Of a stretch of 64,000 bases of DNA, positions 58,715-64,000 are shown piece after piece (the stretch's first letter is position 1; every line of letters starts with the position of its first letter). The notes under the pieces were generated by a model. That model searched no databases. It saw only the letters and a list, made by a program, of their open reading frames with translations, and had not been told where the DNA came from. Source of the DNA: Eledone cirrhosa (Eukaryota); contig OZ024741.1 in assembly GCA_964016885.1 (NCBI GenBank), positions 227,540,001 through 227,604,000 on the forward strand, in the 5' to 3' direction. A program made the translations under genes and the position numbers.

Positions 58715-59995
58715 AGGGAGAAGTGTTTAGACGGGGTCCGTATTTGTTAATAAAGTGAGATTCCTTGCTGATGCGCTGGGTGTGGGTGGCATTATCTTTA
58801 AATTTGTAGAGGAGAAATATTCTGAAGTTGGGATGATTTTGGGCGGCACAGGTATCAATGTGTTCACTCAGTGGTATTTACCTGTATTCCCGTATTTTAA
58901 TTTGGGATCTATGGACAGTCATGCGTTGGCGGAGGCTGTATTTGGTATGGCCTATGTATTGTTCTCGACAACCTAAGCAAGTTAATACATATATTAGATT
59001 TTACTATAAAGCGTTGTCCTTCTTTGAAATAGAATTCCGAACCCTCTATTACTTGATGCATATGCCACAGTTGGGTCTATCGCATTTTTTTACTGTGGGT
59101 TTCGTTGTTGTGGTTGGCAGTACTTTGGCATGTATTAGGATATTTTTCATTGACTTAGATTGTCTTTTGCTCTTTATGATATCGTGTGTTCGTAGGATTT
59201 GGTTCATTCTATGGTCCTTTTTTTAACACAGGGATGTTCTGGAGGATGGTGTCAAAGGCCTCATTGTTGAGGGGCTTGTGTGTGGAGATGTATGGAAGAA
59301 CTTTTAGTTTCGGTTGATTTACTTTAGGGTGTCTAAGGTCCTGGGTACTGAGTTTTAAAGCACGTTGGATTCCATTGTCAATTAGTGATGCAGGGTAGTC
59401 CCTGCCTATGAGTGTGTCCTTTAGTTCTTGTAGCCGCAAGTAACAGGTGTTTTTATTGGAGACTATAGTACAGATTCTCTTGGCTAAGTTGTAGGGAATA
59501 TTAATTTTAACGTGTCTTGGGTGGCAAGAGTTGAAAGGAAGATATTGCTTGGAGTCTGTGGGCTTGTAGTATATGTCTGTTTCTATTTTTTTGTTATGAA
59601 TTCTAATGAGGATGTCGAGGAAGGGGAGTTGTTGATGGCTGTATTCCATCGTGAAGTTAATATTCGTGTTGAGCCCATTTATAAGGGTGTGAAATTCTTT
59701 AAGTTTCTCGATGTTTTCGTGCCAAAGGATGAAGCAGTCATCTAGATATCGCTTCCAGTTCCTTTCTATGTGTAAGTGGAGAGTGTTTCCAAATTTGTTT
59801 AGTACTTTAGTGTAGAGGGTGATTTCCAGGTATCCCATGACTAGGTTGGCATAAGTGGAGGCTGTTTTCGTTCCCATAACGGTCCCAGATTTCTGCCTGT
59901 AGGGTTTGTTATTGAAAACGAAGTAATTGTTCTCCAAGATAAATTTGAGTTCCTCTATCACGAATTCTTTTTTGATGCGTTGTGGGAGTTCATTG
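58715..59995 (-). pseudogene. 5'-truncated Neptune-type PLE (RT C-terminal half and GIY-YIG)
   Basis: FILENNYF...GTVMGT...WKRYLDD...LPFLDI...YKPTDSKQYL...HPRH; KKCDRPNCGIC; LIYVLTCLGC..QYIG; same family as 42270. Confidence 0.92.
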
Positions 59996-60330
59996 ACAAA
60001 CCTACATTTGGCGCAAAATCAATTTTTAACATTCACATGACCTCTACCGACCAATCAAAATTGTTTTGACCACAAGAATTTTTGCAACACGAATTGGCGC
60101 GAAACTTATTTTAATACATCTGGAGCCACTTTTTTTCACATAAAAAAGGTAGAATTTCCAAAACTAATCAGATTAGAGCAAACATCACAGGCGCTCTATC
60201 TCAAAATTATTTTTGAAAAGCATTAGAAATGCGCAACCGGTAAAAACTTAAAACCAAAACTGAATACTAACTAATACTATTACTAATCTTTACTTATTCC
60301 TAATTAAACTATTTTCACTGGGAACAATTT
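59996..60330 (+). repeat. Inverted pLTR at the 5' junction of the Neptune copy, with HHR remnant at 60209-60246
   Basis: Similar to 45990-46200; TTT-TTGAAAA-GCAT TAGAA ATGC-GCAA-CCGG-TA-AAA. Confidence 0.7.
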
Positions 60331-60347
60331 GACAGCATTTTCTTTTC

Positions 60348-60386
<39 letters not shown>

Positions 60387-60554
60387 TATATATACATATA
60401 TATATAGTATCGGCCTGCCCGTCCAGCCATTGGGATGGCCTCATCGTTTGTCTAAAACAGCAATGTGTTATGACCAGCGGCGACGAATGGTGCCCGACAG
60501 ACTGGTCGGTCAAGGTGATCAAGGTGATATATAGTATTTCTAGTATATATTAGA

Positions 60555-60780
60555 GAAGGCGTGTGGCTGATTGGTTAGAGAACTCGATTCGCAATCGTGA
60601 GGTTGTCGGTACGATTCCTGGACCAGGCGATGCATTAAGTACTTGAGAAAGACACTTTATTCCACATTGCTCCTTCTACCTGGAGTTGCGACCGATAGAT
60701 AGTTTGAGCAAATGGAAAGACCAACGGAAACATTGTTTCCTCGGTCCGATTTGACGAAAGTCAATCGACAAAAAAAAAAA
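60555..60780 (+). mobile_element. Second tRNA-derived SINE family
   Basis: A box TGGCTGATTGG, B box-like GGTACGATTCC, then CTTGAGAAAGACACTTTATTCCACATTGCTCC core and an A-rich end. Confidence 0.65.
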
Positions 60781-61192
60781 AAGTAGTATATATACACTAT
60801 ATATATACTATATATATATATATATATATATATGGATGTTCGCGTATGTATAGAAATATTTGAATACGTGAGTGTATGCATATATTTTTTATTTGTGTGT
60901 GCGCCTGTATACACTTGTGTGTGTGCGAGTTAACGTCATAAACCGGATGTAAAATAACGCCGTTTACGTTTATTGGAGTGGGAATTTACATGAGAAGTTT
61001 TTGGTAATGCGAAGGTAGGAAGAGTCCCTCTTTTACCAAGAACCAGTTCCAAGGAAGAAATATTTAGCAATACATCTATGTACAATTGATTGGTTTGTAC
61101 CCATTAATTAATAATTAGACGCGGGGCTCACTGCGTCTGATTGCCAGCCGCAAGCATATGTTAAATAGCTGCATAGTCTCACATCTTAAGCC

Positions 61193-61284
<92 letters not shown>

Positions 61285-61321
61285 CATATATACATATACA
61301 TATATATATATATATATTTTT

Positions 61322-61525
61322 TATTTTATTTTATAGAAGGAACTTCTACAGGACTAGTACTGTTTCATTCAGATGAAATCTTCAGGAAGCAGCTTCCTGA
61401 AGATTTCATCTGAGTGAAACAGTACTAGTCCTGTAGAAGTTCCTTCTATAAAATAAAAAAATTTTACTCTGCCATGTATTGAGTACCTTACTTACTGTGG
61501 TTATCCCCGACTCAACCCGGGACCT
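61322..61525. repeat. Foldback pLTR with HHR core
   Basis: Arms about 61322-61390 and 61392-61460; CTGAAGA-T TTC ATCT GAG T-GAAA-CAGTACTAG-TC. Confidence 0.8.
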
Positions 61526-61527
61526 AC

Positions 61528-61574
<47 letters not shown>

Positions 61575-61577
<3 letters not shown>

Positions 61578-61771
61578 CGAAGGAAATGTGGTAAGGAACC
61601 AGGTGGACCATAACGCACCAAAGTACTCAATACTTGAGGTAGTAGAGTGGGTAATAGGAACCAGTAAGACCCCAACAGCTGAGCTCAAGCCGTTTCGACG
61701 GCTAATTCTGGACTAAGTCCAGAATTAGCCGTCGAAACGGCTTGAGCTCAGCTGTCGGGGTCTTACTGGTT

Positions 61772-61775
<4 letters not shown>
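61575..61775. repeat. Foldback pLTR (50590 family)
   Basis: Arms about 61655-61713 and 61715-61774; 5' part near-identical to 50591-50730. Confidence 0.85.
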
Positions 61776-61813
<38 letters not shown>

Positions 61814-61994
61814 CACACGCATATATACACATACATACTTATATATATTCATACATATATATATACATATATATATACATGCATATATACATATATATAT
61901 ATGTACATATATAATATACATACACTTAATATATATATATATATATATAGTGACGAAAAATAAGTCAATTGCATGAACTCATAATCCTTTATTT

Positions 61995-62050
61995 ACTACT
62001 ATATATATTTCGATGATAGCCATTGAATGGCTATGACCTCACCAGGCAGT
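61995..62050 (-). ncRNA. Hammerhead remnant (A6 mutated to G)
   Basis: ACTGC-CTGGTGA-GGTCATAGCCAT TCA ATGGCTATCATC-GAAA-TATATA-TA-GTAGT. Confidence 0.6.
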
Positions 62051-62467
62051 TAGTCAGATATGCTAACTCTGTGTCTATGTGTTTATGGTATCAGTACCTT
62101 GGACATATGAGCTTGTTAGGAATAATTTAATGTTGTCAGCAGGAATAATCTTAATTCTCATTGGTCAGTTTGTAGATGCGAGTAGGGTTGGTATTTGACC
62201 TCAAAGAGGCTGGTGGTGTTGTAAAGTTCAAACCGTCAGGGAAGGTGACAATAGTTCCATATGACTGATTTCCTCAAAAAGCATTCCTGGTCAGATATAT
62301 ATTAAATTGATGTTTATAGTATGAAATTCGATATTACAGGTCATTCTTAAATTGAGGAATTTATGTGGGGTGGTACTACTGAAAATTATGGTTAGAGTAG
62401 AATACTAGAAAATTTACATATAAAAAGACTTATGTTGGTTGACTTGCACATACACTCACACCCACCC

Positions 62468-62531
<64 letters not shown>

Positions 62532-63223
62532 CCACACATACAAATTGAGGAATTTATGTGGGGAGGTAATACTGAAAATTATGGTTAGAGTCAAATATTT
62601 AGAAAGTTTAGAAATTTTAGAAATAAAAAGACTTATGTTGGTTGACTTGTACATACACTCACACCTACCCCTCAGACACACACATGTACACAAACAAATC
62701 CATACAGGTGTGTGTATATATATATATGTACGCACAAGTGCATATATATATATACAACAGAGGCCCCCAAATCCAAGTATAAGGCAGACATAAAACTAGG
62801 TGGGTGTTATTTTTAAAGAAAAGTAAAGGGGTGTTTGGAAAAGTTATTGTTTAGACTAGACAAAAGTAGAGTGTGATATATATCTTCACAGCAATAGCTT
62901 GGGGGCTTTGGAGCTTAGGCGAATACCTTAGTACAGACGTATATACCCACCCACACTTTTATACCTCTGGATGCGCGTGTATGTCTATATACACATGTGC
63001 ACTCATACAAGAGAGCATATACAAATATACTCTTAAGCATACACTCGAACATCTATCAATCCAACCTGGGGTATTAGTATTTCGTTGCGTTCACATGAGT
63101 GTGTACATTTACGTAATCCCAATATACACACACAATGCACGGTTGCGGGCACTCATTCATGCGTATAGGGTTAGTACCTTCGAATATAACATCAGTGATC
63201 TCAGTAGACAGGAGGGAGTAGTT

Positions 63224-63268
63224 AGCCTTGATAAGCATCAATAAATGCGAAACAAGGCCTTGTCGGCT
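63224..63268 (+). ncRNA. Intact U3-A8 variant hammerhead ribozyme
   Basis: AGCC-TTGATAA-GCAT CAATAA ATGC-GAAA-CAAGGCCTTG-TC-GGCT; GUC cleavage triplet; 12-nt palindrome ACAAGGCCTTGT. Confidence 0.82.
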
Positions 63269-63923
63269 TATCTCCCCTTGTTTGCTGAGATTAAAGTAAG
63301 TGAGTTTGTCACTACTCTAAAACAATAGCATACGGTCTTCAAAATGCTTTTAATTAAGCATAAAGTGTATTGCAAAATACATTATATATACATTCATATA
63401 TATGTATATATATGAGATTTTGCATATCCGGAAAGTTTAACGGTTCAACCTCGTCATCCGAATATAACAAACATCAGCACTATTATCATGGCGACCACCA
63501 CCTCCACCACCAACAGCAACAACAACAACACTACTATTGACGTAGATATAGATTTCTCTCGCCTTTGAACTATCGCCATCTTCTTCGACACCATCGCTAC
63601 AATCAACTTAACCACCACCACCACTACCACCACCACAACCACCATCACCACCATCATCACAATCATCACCATTATAATAATCTTCCTGTTCATCAAGCTC
63701 ATGATAAACATCATCAACACTATCATCATCATTCATCAAAACGACCACCTACTCCACCACCACCACCACCACCACCACCACCACCACCACCACAACTACT
63801 ACTACCATGAACATCACTAATACATCACTAACATCATTGCCATCTCTACCACTATCATGATCAGTAAATGAGGGGTCACGACGTTGAGATACCGCATGTT
63901 AACTAGCGACATACTCTCACATT

Positions 63924-64000
63924 TGGTGGATTGGCAGTATCGGTAGAGGGTCGGACGCCATGCTTTGACGCATAGAGTTACGGCCCTTGCCATTCTGAGT
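63924..64000 (+). mobile_element. SINE 5' part, cut by the window end
   Basis: TGGCAGTATCGGTAGAGGGTCGGACGCCATGCTTTG matches the SINE head. Confidence 0.8.

Noticed and set aside
63454-63810. His/Pro-rich ORF
   Set aside because: Degenerate (CCA)/(CAT) trinucleotide repeats

Overview
AT-rich, microsatellite-dense eukaryotic intergenic or intronic DNA with no recognisable host protein-coding gene. The SINE family and repeat landscape suggest an octopod/coleoid cephalopod (inference). The window is almost entirely transposon-derived. It holds a full-length but frameshifted Helitron with both termini (959-7252, minus) and at least six Penelope-like element (PLE) coding remnants (Neptune-type and YRDD/'Hydra'-like). 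It also holds four Tx1/L1 LINE copies inserted in microsatellites, R4/Dong, CRE and RTE fragments, a 3-copy non-autonomous RTE derivative and about 12 tRNA-derived SINEs. The main signal not visible in the ORF track is roughly 20 minimal type-I hammerhead-ribozyme (HHR) motifs in PLE pseudo-LTRs and in ORF-less foldback modules flanked by (TA)n. Most have a palindromic stem III, several have a non-canonical U3-A8 core or a U-U pair at the base of stem II, and two copies differ by compensatory base changes. All structures were read by eye, so coordinates are approximate to a few bases unless a motif is quoted.
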